From positions 531,497 through 595,496 of the forward strand of contig JAWQFM010000031.1 in NCBI GenBank assembly GCA_033442325.1: a stretch of DNA of 64,000 nucleotides. Reading direction: 5' to 3'. The stretch is from Salpingoeca rosetta. Taxonomy: Eukaryota > Protista > Choanoflagellata. The notes under the pieces were generated by a model that was not told the origin of the DNA, did no database searches, and worked only from the letters and a program-made list of their open reading frames with translations. The translations under genes were made by a program, and so were the position numbers. Positions 49,352 to 64,000 of this stretch are shown one piece after another. Numbering within the stretch: position 1 is the stretch's first letter; every line of letters starts with the position of its first letter.

Positions 49352-49778
49352 ATCGACGTCGCTGCTGCTGCGTCGCTTGAGATGGAGAATGCGCAGAGCA
49401 GGGAAGCGTGGAGGAGGGGTGAGTGTGTGCGTGCGTGCGTGTGTGTGCGTGTGTGTGTGAGAGTGAGAGAGATAGAGGAGAAGAGAATTGAGACAGGAAG
49501 AGTGAGAGGGTTTGAGTGACAGAGAGAGACAGATACGCACACTCTCACGCCCTCACATTCAAAACACAGTCAAACTCCGATCTCCAGCCAGAGCAAGAAG
49601 CAAGGTGGTGGTGCGTGCACAGCCAACCAAGGCACACACTTCTTGCTTTGTGTCGCAAGTGGAAGGCTGATCGCCGTTTCTTGCCGAAACCACGAAGCGA
49701 CTGAAGTCAGTCTATGACTCACCATTCACCTTGGAAACTGACTTCAGTCCCGCAACAGCAGCAGCACAACTGCCAAAG

Positions 49779-52400
49779 ATGAAGAAGGGCGGCAACGGCA
49801 AACGCGGTGGTGGTGGTGGCGGTGCGAAGAAGAAGCACAACAAGCACAAGAACACCACAGCGTCAAAGAAGAAGAAAGCACAACACAAGCAGCAGCACCA
49901 GCAGCACCAGCACAAGGGCCAACAAGAAACATTATTATTGAAAGAGACAGAGGGGACAACACAACAGAGTGGTGAGAGACAGGGTCCAACAACGCATGAG
50001 CAGCACCAGCAGCACCAGCAGGATGCAACTGCAACAGTAACTGCAACAGTAACAGCGGCAGCGGCAGCAAAGGAAGCGCGGCGTAAGGAGCTGCAAGCAC
50101 GGTTGAGATCAAAACGGGCGGCCCTGCGTGCTGGTCATGGCCACAGGCAGGTGTGGGCAGACAGGGACCAAGCGCATGAGCACCAGCACTCATCCTGCTC
50201 GTGCTGCGACGACCACGACCACGACCACGAACATAGCACGTCCAGTGGCAACGACCACGACGCTGCCCCGGACCGCGACGGTAGTCACGCAGCTCAGGAT
50301 CACAATGCATCATACACCAAGCAGTTGCCAGGGGAATCACAAGCCGAAACTGGAGCGAGTCATTTGTTGTCGACGAGCAGCAAGAAGGCGTTGTCGGGAG
50401 CGAACAGGCATGCGGCACCGCGTGCCATGCCAGACTGGCTCACGGGCAAAGCGGGCGACATCATGCGTGCGCAGCCGGAATCACACGATGACTTTTTGCA
50501 GTCACTTCCCTCCATCAGCAACGGCACCAACCCGTTCTTTACGCGGATGATGGCACGCCGCAAGAAAGGTGCACACACTTGCAGCATGCTGCCGCATTGG
50601 CGCGTGCTTGTGCTGTGGATTCAACTGTTGTCTTTGCTGGTGTCCATTGCATACTGCACACGTATTGCAGTACAATTCACACGGCCACCTTGTTCGCAGG
50701 TGCATTGAAGGAGCAACAGCACACGCAATCGACGCGGGACAAGCGGTTGCAACCAATGCTGTTCGACGAAGAGGTGCGTGCGCTGTGTCTGTGTGTCTGC
50801 GTTTGTGTCTGTATCTGTGTCTGTGTGTCTTTGTATCTGTGTGCGTGCGTGTATCTGTATGCGTCTGTGTGTGTTTTTGTCTGTCTGCGTGTCGTGACAC
50901 GTAAATGCGCCAACGCTCTCCGTTCAGCTGCTCAAGGCTCTTCATCTGCATTGCATTGTCACCCTTACAGCTTGAGGTCCCGGACGTGGAGCCTGTCTTG
51001 TTTCCAGACGACGACGCGAACTTGAACCTCCAGGTCAACGACACTGTGTGTGTGTGTCTGTGTGTGTGTGTCTGTGTGTCTGTGTATAACCGTGTCTGTG
51101 TGTGTCCCAGCGCTTGTTGAGCATCGTCATGTGCTGTTCATGTTGACTCCCATCAGTCCACCTTCTGCACTTACCGCTCACCACATGCACCACGTGCACC
51201 ACATCTACCGTCCCCCCCCCCCCAACACCGCGTCTTCAACATCACAATGCGTCTCCTCATCACGACAGACCGACAACTTCTTCGCTGTCACACCAAACGC
51301 CACGAACAGCGACCGCATCCACAGTGATGATGATGACGGCGATGATGCATGGGCGATGGCAGACGTGCGTCCTCAACGCATTCCCGTTCACACGGCGAGG
51401 AAACCCAGCACTGCTGGTGATGGTGCTGGTGGCAATGAGATGAGTTTGAGGGCTTCCACGCTGTCACCAGAGGCAAAGACAACAAATGCAGTGACAGTCG
51501 CAGCAGCAGGGACCACAACCCAGTCGACCGTGAACGGCAGCAGCAACGGCAGGAGTGATGATGAGGCAATGGCTCTGCTGGATCAGTTTATGGCAGACGT
51601 GCTGCTGGACGCCAAGTACAACAGCAATGGTGATGGCGGTGATGGCGTGCCTGCAGGCAACGCAACAGTGATGACCGTGACGACCAAGGGCGCACAGGCG
51701 AGCATGGTGGCACAATACGGTGATGGTGGTGGTGGTGGTGGTGATGGTGGTGATGTGATTGTGCCAGTGCGTCGTAACCCACACAGCAACAACAATTACG
51801 ATGACGACGATGATGATGATAGCGGGAAGGAGGGCGGGGAAGGCGTGGAGAATGATGATGGTGGTGATGGTCCTGGCTCTGGTGATGATGATGATGATGA
51901 TGATCTGTTTGGGATTTCTCCACCACAACCATCATCAACCATGCTGCATATCCTTGGTGATGGCGCGTGTTCTCTCCTCCCTGGTGAGGCCGATGATGAC
52001 AAGCGTTTCCCAGCAGCACCAGTAACCCGCACAGGTGAGCCAGAGTCGTGTGTGTGTGTGTCTGTGTGCCTGTGTGTGTGTGTGCCTGTGTGCGTGTGTG
52101 TGTGTGTGCCTGTGTGTGTGTGTGTGTGTGTGTGTCTGTCTGTGTGTCTGTCTGTGTGTGTGTGCCTGTCTGTGTGTAGTGTGCGCCATCTTCCTCAGGC
52201 TCACAACCCCACCCCCTTCCTCTCTGTGTGTTCAGACCGGTTTCTGGACTTCAAGTCCACCATCCGAGCTCATGCAACTGCACAGGTAGCAAACAAGAGT
52301 GAATGCATGGCGTGGAGTGTCGTGCGTACGTTCTGTTTGTGCACGGTGACGACATCAGTGACTCTGAAGTGCAATTTGTCCTCATACAAACACACACACA

Positions 52401-52499
<99 letters not shown>

Positions 52500-52905
52500 T
52501 CTCTCACATACACACGTATGGTGATGGCTGTAGATTGCTGGTGGCGAACTGGTGACCTTCACGGCAGTTGAAGGGGAAGATACGACAACAACGACGACGA
52601 CGATGGGTGATGGTGCTGTCACCACCACCACCACCACCACCACCACAGCCACTCATCGACAGATCGCCACGACAACGGCTACCGCACACGACACGGGCAG
52701 CAATGGCACAACCAGCAGCGCCGGCAGCACTGCAATAGATACACAATCATCACCATCACCATCTGTGAGTGCGAGTGCTGTTGAGGCGTTTGCTCTGGAT
52801 CCGGACTTTGACTACGACGACATTGCGCTGACGGCGACACCGCCGCTCCACGCGCAGGTGGCCGCCATGGCCAGGCAACGCGGTGGTGGTGGTGGTGATA
52901 GATGA
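49779..52905 (+). CDS. IFTAP: IFTAP/C11orf74-like intraflagellar transport-associated protein
   Basis: Four colinear motifs resemble vertebrate IFTAP as I recall it: ESHDDFLQSL, TDNFF, LLPGEADDD and C-terminal VEAFALDPDFDYDDIALT. Six phase-compatible exons. The rest is low complexity. Confidence 0.65.
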
Positions 52906-53267
52906 AGGCTGATGGTAATGATAACGGTCGCGCGCGCGCGCGTGTGTGTGGGTGGGTGTGGGTGTGTGGGTGGGTGCGCGCGCGCCTGTCATTGGGGCGC
53001 TGCTTTTGTACTCTGAACGGCCGATTGTCTATGAGCGGGCTGTTTATGTTGAACGTATGAGACAGTTACTTTTTCACACATGACATTAGAAACGGGCAGC
53101 AATTACACAGTCAAACGTTGCAGTGTTATCCAGTTACCACGTGGTGTGTGGGCATGTATGGAAGCGTGTGTGTGTGTGTGTGTGTGTGGGTGTGGGTGTG
53201 TATGTGTGTATGTGTGTGTGTGCGTGCGTGGAGATGTAAGTGTGTGTGGAGATGCATGCACGTGTGT

Positions 53268-56122
<2,855 letters not shown>

Positions 56123-56957
56123 ACTTGCGCCTGCCCGCTTGCCTGCCGCCTTGCAGGCTGCTTCTCTTCCTCGCACGCACGAGCAAAGCAGCGCTGCTCA
56201 CACCAACACAGGTACAGGTCCGTCCGCTGCACCTTCCCGTTTCCTTCCCGTTTCCTTCTTGCGTTCTTTCTGCGTTTGTTGTGTTTGTTGTTTGTGATGA
56301 TGATGACGTCACACGCAACACCCACGACTACAGAGAGCCTTACAATGAATGCCACACGTTTGCTGCGTTCAGGGCAGCTGTCACCACAGCCAAGAAAGCC
56401 AGCTTTCTCCGTACAGGCTCAAGTCACGTGCAGCAGTGACGTCGGTATGACTTCCACCCCAGTTCCACGAAAGAGAAAGAAATCAGCACAGGTTGCTGTG
56501 ACAATCAGCTGCGTCAACACATCACGCGCAGTTGCTTGAGAACACGTCTACGCGCAACCCACACGCAAGCAAAGGAGCAAGCATCAGCAACCTTGGCAGC
56601 GCAGAGTGTCACCGGCAACCAAGTGACTTGCAGTTCTAAGTTGCCACAATCAATCACGAAAGCATGAAATCCGTGTAAACGTTGCAAGCTGCGAGGGCTT
56701 GCTTTTCCAAGAATCGGCAGGTGCACAGACAGAACCAACGATTGAACCAACAAGCATGAGAACCGAGTCTCCCCCGGTTTGCTTTGCTTGCCTGCAACCG
56801 CCTGCTTACATGCCTGCTTGATTGCGTTTTGCGGATGCACCCTCGCTCGGTTGCCAGCCACCATTTATTTCTTTCCCCATCCGCAGCTACCGCATCAGAC
56901 AAGTGGCCAATCGCATCCCGCCCTGCTCAAGCCACTTCTCTTGTCCATTCGACATAC

Positions 56958-57020
56958 AGCACCTCAAGCACCTCAAGCACCTCAAGCACCTCAAGCACCT
57001 CAAGCACCTCAAGCACCTCA
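56958..57020 (+). repeat. 9-bp tandem repeat (AGCACCTCA) x7
   Basis: Direct reading. Ends 31 bp upstream of the ATG at 57052. Confidence 0.93.
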
Positions 57021-57051
57021 AGAAACAATTCAGCCATCAACCCATTCAACT

Positions 57052-58590
<1,539 letters not shown>

Positions 58591-59224
58591 CGCTGTGGTG
58601 CTTGCTGGTGAGTTGACCTGATGCATCTGTTACCACGACGACTGCGCTGCAGCGTTACTTGGCAGTGCGTGGTGTTGCCGGCTGGTATGTTGGGCTGGAG
58701 AAGTGGAGGCTGGGTCGTGCGACCTTGCTCTCGTGGTGAAGGACCTAACACCAGAACATCTGCTTTCATCTTCACATGGTTTCATTGGGGGGTTTCACTC
58801 GTTTACATTACATTCATTGTATTTGCTGTCGTTTCAGTTGAGTGACATTACATTTACACGATTGAACATCAGTGCATTGAACATCAGTGCGAATCTGAGC
58901 AAGAGTGTGGCCAGTAGTGCCAAAGCGACAAGAGAAAAGCCAATAGCGCGATAACATGGTGAAGCAGCGTTGTGACGTAGAAAGCACGCGCATGATGCGA
59001 GTAGATGTGAGTACGGTCACACGCACGCACAACAACGCGCGTACGCACGGCATCAGCAGCATGCAGGCTCAATGACGTGCACAGCGTCGGTATTGTCTGG
59101 GAGGCAGTAAAAATAAGGCCGTTGCCTTAAGCTAGTACAAGTACGTCGCATTGCCACGCTGTTCACGTGGTAAAGCGAAGAGTGGTCGTGCCTGTGGTGG
59201 TGCTCTTCATGTCAAGGAGAATGA

Positions 59225-59860
59225 TTAGTTCCTTGTGGGCTGAATAGGGAACTCTGAGAAGGTCGATGAGGAAGACGTGGTGGTAGGGGATGACGATGTG
59301 GAAGACGTGGCTTCGTGCACCGTGGTGGTGGTGGTCGGGGATGACGATGTGGAGGACGTGGCGTCGTGTACCGTGGTGGTGGTGGTCGGGGATGACGATG
59401 TGGAGGACGTGGCGTCGTGTACCGTGGTGGTGGTGGTCGGGGATGACGATGTGGAGGACGTGGCGTCGTGTACCGTGGTGGTGGTGGTGGTAGGGGATGA
59501 CGATGAGGAAGACATGGATTCGGATGACGGCTGCTCAAGCGCACGCAGCCTGGCGGCTATGGAGGTGATGGCATGGTCCTGTGCGGCGTTGATACGACGC
59601 TGCTTCGCGATTGCGCGCTGCTGTTCTTGGGTGAGCTGGAAGAGGTGGGCCACGTCCATGCCGTTCATGAACACGGGCTGGCGTGCAGGATCGTTTGTGC
59701 TGATGTGCAAGGAGCCCGCATCGTCCTCTTCCAACACGGCGGCTCCGGCACTGTTGTCCGCGCTGAGAAGGAGAATCCCAACATGGGCTGTGACAAGGAC
59801 AGCACTGACGACGAAGGCCGTGTTGAGGCGGGTGGAGATGCCGACACGACGTGGTACCAT
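59225..59860 (-). CDS. Secreted or type II membrane protein: signal peptide, short beta segment, coiled coil, mucin-like S/T repeats
   Basis: MVPRR..AFVVSAVLVTAHVGILLLS, then GSLHIST..QPVFMNGMDV, a heptad-like region (LTQEQQRAIAKQ..IAARLRALEQ), then 17-aa S/T/P repeats. Confidence 0.75.
   Translation of the reverse strand: MVPRRVGISTRLNTAFVVSAVLVTAHVGILLLSADNSAGAAVLEEDDAGSLHISTNDPARQPVFMNGMDVAHLFQLTQEQQRAIAKQRRINAAQDHAITSIAARLRALEQPSSESMSSSSSSPTTTTTTVHDATSSTSSSPTTTTTVHDATSSTSSSPTTTTTVHDATSSTSSSPTTTTTVHEATSSTSSSPTTTSSSSTFSEFPIQPTRN
59288..59505 (-). repeat. Coding 51-bp minisatellite, ~4 copies (SSPTTTTTVHDATSSTS)
   Basis: Near-identical units GGGATGACGATGTGGAGGACGTGGCGTCGTGTACCGTGGTGGTGGTGGTCG on the + strand. 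Confidence 0.93.
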
Positions 59861-60361
59861 TCTTGTTGCTCTGTGTGTGTGTGCTGTGAATGTGTGTGTG
59901 TGTATGCATGTGTGTGTGTGTGCTGTGTGTGTGTGTGTGTGTGTGGTGTGTGTGGTGTGTGTGGTGTGTGTGTGTGTGTTGTGTGTGTGTGTGTGCGCGC
60001 TGATGCGGAGGTGCTGTCTGTTCTGTCTGTTGTTTGTGTGGCACAAGTTGCCTGTACCAAACTGATTTCAGTTGAAATGCGAATGGAAATGGACCATTCT
60101 GCTCATTTTCACACACGCGGCACCGATTCGCCCCGCAAACAAGCAAGAGGCAAGAAGTGCGCGACGCAAGCAAGCCAAGCCCAAAACACACAACACGCGT
60201 CAACCAACACGCGGACCAAACAACCTTCATCTTCTGGCCGCATTGCGGTGTCTCTCACCCACACAGAGCAGCACAGCACAGAACAGACTGCGCTTCGCAC
60301 GAGTGGCCTGGCTGTGGTTGTGGTGCTGCTATCGCTGACGTGTGTGCTCTGGACCAAAACA

Positions 60362-60443
<82 letters not shown>

Positions 60444-60458
60444 ACACACACATCGCAC

Positions 60459-61661
60459 ATGGGTAATTGGGGAAGTCGGGAACGGGATGGCCCTGCTGGG
60501 AGGGAGCTCACATCCAGCACCCACTACTTTATGCACCTGGCACTGACGCCAGCAACAGCGAAATCACACCAGCTACAACTACACCAACAGCAGCAGCAAC
60601 ATGGCGTGGAGGATGGCATGCGGGCCACGCTGTCGTCATCAGCGACATCCTCGCCCGCGTCGTCGCTGTCACGGCCCGGCCGCCCCCTGCCGCCCTTGCC
60701 ACAACGCAGCTCCAGCCCTTCCATGGAGAGCATGTCCATGATGTCCATGATGTCCGTATCCACGACACGGTCTTCGGCCATCAGCGACGTGTCAACCTTT
60801 GAGCTGTACCGCGCACCGGTGGCGTGTGTTGGCGGCAGCTTCCGGCCCGGCGCATCGATCGACCCCATGCGGGAGACGCCGTACTTTGACGTGCGGCCGC
60901 ACCACCAGGAGGTGCACGTGCCCACTAGTGAATCGCACATGCACGTGGACAAGGTGTCGTACTTTATGCTGGAGCCGCACCCGGGCTGCCGGATAGCGCT
61001 GAAGAAGGCGAAGATTGTGCTGCCGCTGACGCCGTCGCCATGCTTTGCCATTGTGGTGCAGAGCAATACCTACACGACCAACGTGCGCCGGGAGGGGCGG
61101 GCGATGCATGTGGAGCTGATGAAGCCCAACGGCGACTGCATCATGTATGCGCGTTTCTACACGCTGCGCGACCCCTCGGCCTCGTCACTGTCCCTCCCAC
61201 TGCCAGGGACAAGGCGCAGCAGCACCAGCAGCAGTGGCGGCAGGGGCGGTGGTGGTGGCGATGGTCCTCGCAAACACCGGCACACGTTTGAGGTGCGGAC
61301 GACGCAGGAGAGCGTGCTGCTTGCACGTGCACAGGGCCATATCCAGCGTGGGTTTGACGTGCTCGTGTCGGACTTTGTCACGGCAGACCACCCCATGTAC
61401 AGCGTGGTGTTGGCCTTCCTCATCACGGTGCTGCTGTGCAAGATGCACACGCGGCCCACGCGCCGCCAGCAGCGCCGCTTACAGCAGCAACAACAGAAAG
61501 AACACCAACAGCAGCAGCAGCAGAGGTTGGCGGAGGAGGGGAAGCGAAGGCCCTCGCAGCCGCAGCCTTCGACTGATGAGCAAGGGCAGGATGATGCGCG
61601 GTTACAGCGGCACGGCAGTCACATCTCTACTGCTTCCTCCATGGCAGAGTCGGCAGACTGA
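60459..61661 (+). CDS. Intronless hypothetical protein, possible Tubby-C/LOR/scramblase-like beta-barrel domain; start codon uncertain
   Basis: Open frame with a series of amphipathic beta-strands (HVELMKPNGDCIMYARF, HTFEVRT..VLLARA, FDVLV) ending in a hydrophobic helix D..YSVVLAFLITVLL. Confidence 0.6.
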   Translation: MGNWGSRERDGPAGRELTSSTHYFMHLALTPATAKSHQLQLHQQQQQHGVEDGMRATLSSSATSSPASSLSRPGRPLPPLPQRSSSPSMESMSMMSMMSVSTTRSSAISDVSTFELYRAPVACVGGSFRPGASIDPMRETPYFDVRPHHQEVHVPTSESHMHVDKVSYFMLEPHPGCRIALKKAKIVLPLTPSPCFAIVVQSNTYTTNVRREGRAMHVELMKPNGDCIMYARFYTLRDPSASSLSLPLPGTRRSSTSSSGGRGGGGGDGPRKHRHTFEVRTTQESVLLARAQGHIQRGFDVLVSDFVTADHPMYSVVLAFLITVLLCKMHTRPTRRQQRRLQQQQQKEHQQQQQQRLAEEGKRRPSQPQPSTDEQGQDDARLQRHGSHISTASSMAESAD

Positions 61662-62767
61662 CCGTGGCAATGATATGCGCGCGCGTGTGTTTGTGTGATT
61701 GAGTGATTGATTGATTGAGTAAGTGAGTGTGTGAGAATGTGTGTGTGTGTGAGTGTGTGTGTGTGTGTGTCAAGTGTGTGTGTGTGTCAAGTGTGAGTGA
61801 GTGATTGATTGAGTGAGTGATTGATTGAGTGATTGATTGAGTGAGTGAGTGAGCGAGTGAGTGAGTGTGTGTGTGTGTCCACGAGCGTGTATGTTCATGT
61901 GTATGTGTTTGATGACTCGAAGCCGGTTCTTTGGGCGAATTTGGTCTTGGCGACATTCCTGCGTTCGTTGGTGGTTCGTTGTGTATCGCGCTCTTTGTCT
62001 GCATACGCAAATGAGTGCCAGACTTGGGTGCGTCAGTGTGTGCTTCTTGGTTGTTGTTCTTCTTGGCGGTTGTCATGTCACCTGCCTGCGGAGTGTGCTG
62101 ATGCTGGGTTCATTGGCACGTGTTGAGGTCCTGCCCCCCTCCCCTTTCGTTGCTCGATGTCAGCGGTGAGCGTATCACTCACTGGCTCTATCCATTTCCA
62201 AATGTGTTGTGTCGTTGTGCTGCGTTGACATGTGGGTTGGTGTAACTTGTAAGGTCTCTATGTGACTTGTCTCTATGTGACTTGTCTTAATGTAAACTTT
62301 TTCCGTATTTAATGTGTGGCTACTTTCCTTCGTATCTCACTCAAGCAATCAATCAAAGCAATAGACAGCAACAGCACTTTGAGCAAGATCATAACAAGTG
62401 ACAACAACCCAATGGCCACACACGTGTTGCGAGTCGCCATGGACTGAAAGGCGTTACACACCCTCCACTAGAGGTGCAAGCAATGTCGCACACCACCCAC
62501 AACAACACCAGCACACGCTTGCACGCGTGCTTGCTCATACGTTTACATGCACAATGGGTGTTACGGGGACAGAGGAAATGAACAAGACGGGGGGGGGGCA
62601 AAGCAAGGTCAACGAAGGAAGAAAGGCAAGACAAAAGCAAAGGAAACGAATGGGGAGAACAGGGAGGAGATGGAGAAGGAAGTGCAGGGATGGAATGGAC
62701 AAGGATGGAAGGGGAACGCTCGTTTCAGGCATGCGTGATTGTGTGGCTACTGCACAAGTTGGCGCGC

Positions 62768-63001
62768 TTACGCGTTGATGCCCCTGACAATGTGGAAGCG
62801 AAGGTCCTCGCTCATGGGGACGTACATGTAATCACGGTCGTGCGGGTCCCAGAACTCAAACTTCTCTGGTCGTGGCGTCTGGCCGGGGAACACGTGCACC
62901 TGCAAGAAAAGCAGGGGGGCGTGGGAGGAGGGGGGAGGGCGAGAGGGGTGAGAGGAAGGAAGCGTGGAGATGTGTGTGATTGTGAATGCGTGAATGTGTG
63001 A

Positions 63002-63060
<59 letters not shown>

Positions 63061-64000
63061 GCGTTATGCATGACAAAATAGATGAGACAGCAGCGCACTT
63101 GAGCAATAGTAACCAATCGTCCCGCCACCACCATCACCATCATCACCACCACCACCACCACCACCACCACCACCACCACCACCACGATCGTTGCTGCCTC
63201 GCACCCGCTCAAAGACGAGTTCCCCTGCGCGAATGTCATCCGGCGCCGCGGCGATGAATTCGCGACGCACCGGATCGCGCTTGTACGCCTGGCAGTGGTG
63301 GTGGTGGTGTGGTTGATGTTGTTGTGAGAGGCGTGATGAGGGCAGTTGGGTGGCAGCAAGCAGGAACAGACGCAGTGAAACTGGAACTCAGGGTGTGGTA
63401 TGTAGTGTGGTGTGCCATGTCAATGTGCTGGGGCCTCACCAGGACATTGTCATACTCGTCGAGGTGATAGAGTGGATTTGAGCGACGAATGTCATCCAGC
63501 GCAAACGCTTCATCAAACTTGTCGCTGACCGCTGTCATATTGATGGTGGCGGTGGTGGTATGAGAGGAAAGCGTGGATCATGCTGACACATGCGTGCACT
63601 TGCAGTCAACTCTCACTTACTAAACCCTACATTGCACACAAACACAACACAACACACCACAACACAACACACACGGACGCAACACAACACAACACAACAC
63701 AACACAACAACACAGCACAACACAACACAACACAACACAACACAACACAACAACACAACACAACACAACACAACACAGACATACAACACACAACACACAA
63801 CACAACATCACTGCCATGACTCACCGCGCACGCCGTGCAGTTCCTCCGTGTCCTCCGCGCGGTCGTACGCGTGGTAGTCGGCGCCGTGGTGGCTGTGGTG
63901 CGGCTTGGTGTTGCGTGGAAGGTTGGGCGAGTCCTGGTGGTGCACGGCCGAGTGGGAATGGCGTTTGGGTGTCGGCTTCATCGTGTCCTCAACGTCGGAG
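62768..64000 (-). CDS. 3' four exons of an unidentified gene continuing beyond the window
   Basis: Phase-consistent splice: ..EELHGVR|AVSDKFDEAFALDDIRRSNPLYHLDEYDNVL|AYKRDPVRREFIAAAPDDIRAGELVFER|VHVFPGQTPRPEKFEFWDPHDRDYMYVPMSEDLRFHIVRGINA*. Confidence 0.75.

Noticed and set aside
59288-59505. Regular repeat array that might suggest CRISPR
   Set aside because: Contiguous tandem units without unique spacers, in frame in a coding ORF, eukaryotic context, no cas genes.

Overview
Eukaryotic, intron-rich, GC-rich genomic DNA whose introns are packed with (GT)n/(CA)n microsatellites. Style and gene content suggest a choanoflagellate such as Salpingoeca rosetta (inference, not a database match). There are two assembly gaps (2507-2984, 45745-46744). 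From left to right: a Ty1/copia retrotransposon whose 3' LTR abuts an RNase H fragment of a second copia element; a multi-exon NO VEIN-like gene ending in a DUF3883 PD-(D/E)XK nuclease domain (-); a cap2 methyltransferase CMTR2 with an internal G-patch (-), head-to-head with an RGG-rich Nudix hydrolase (+); an AMFR/gp78-like ERAD ligase (+); DAD1 (-); USP10 (+); CNOT1 (+, with a 6.3-kb exon); a DUF389 membrane protein (-); an IFTAP-like gene (+); a Golgi-type sulfotransferase (-); three intronless ORFs; and the 3' end of an unknown gene. The most intriguing signal is the 4.9-20.7 kb block. There the cap methyltransferase exon chain appears to run into the nuclease gene with no clear gene boundary, and it sits 325 bp from a divergent putative decapping-type Nudix enzyme. 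All exon models were spliced by hand. Most long ORFs in the supplied track are microsatellite artefacts.
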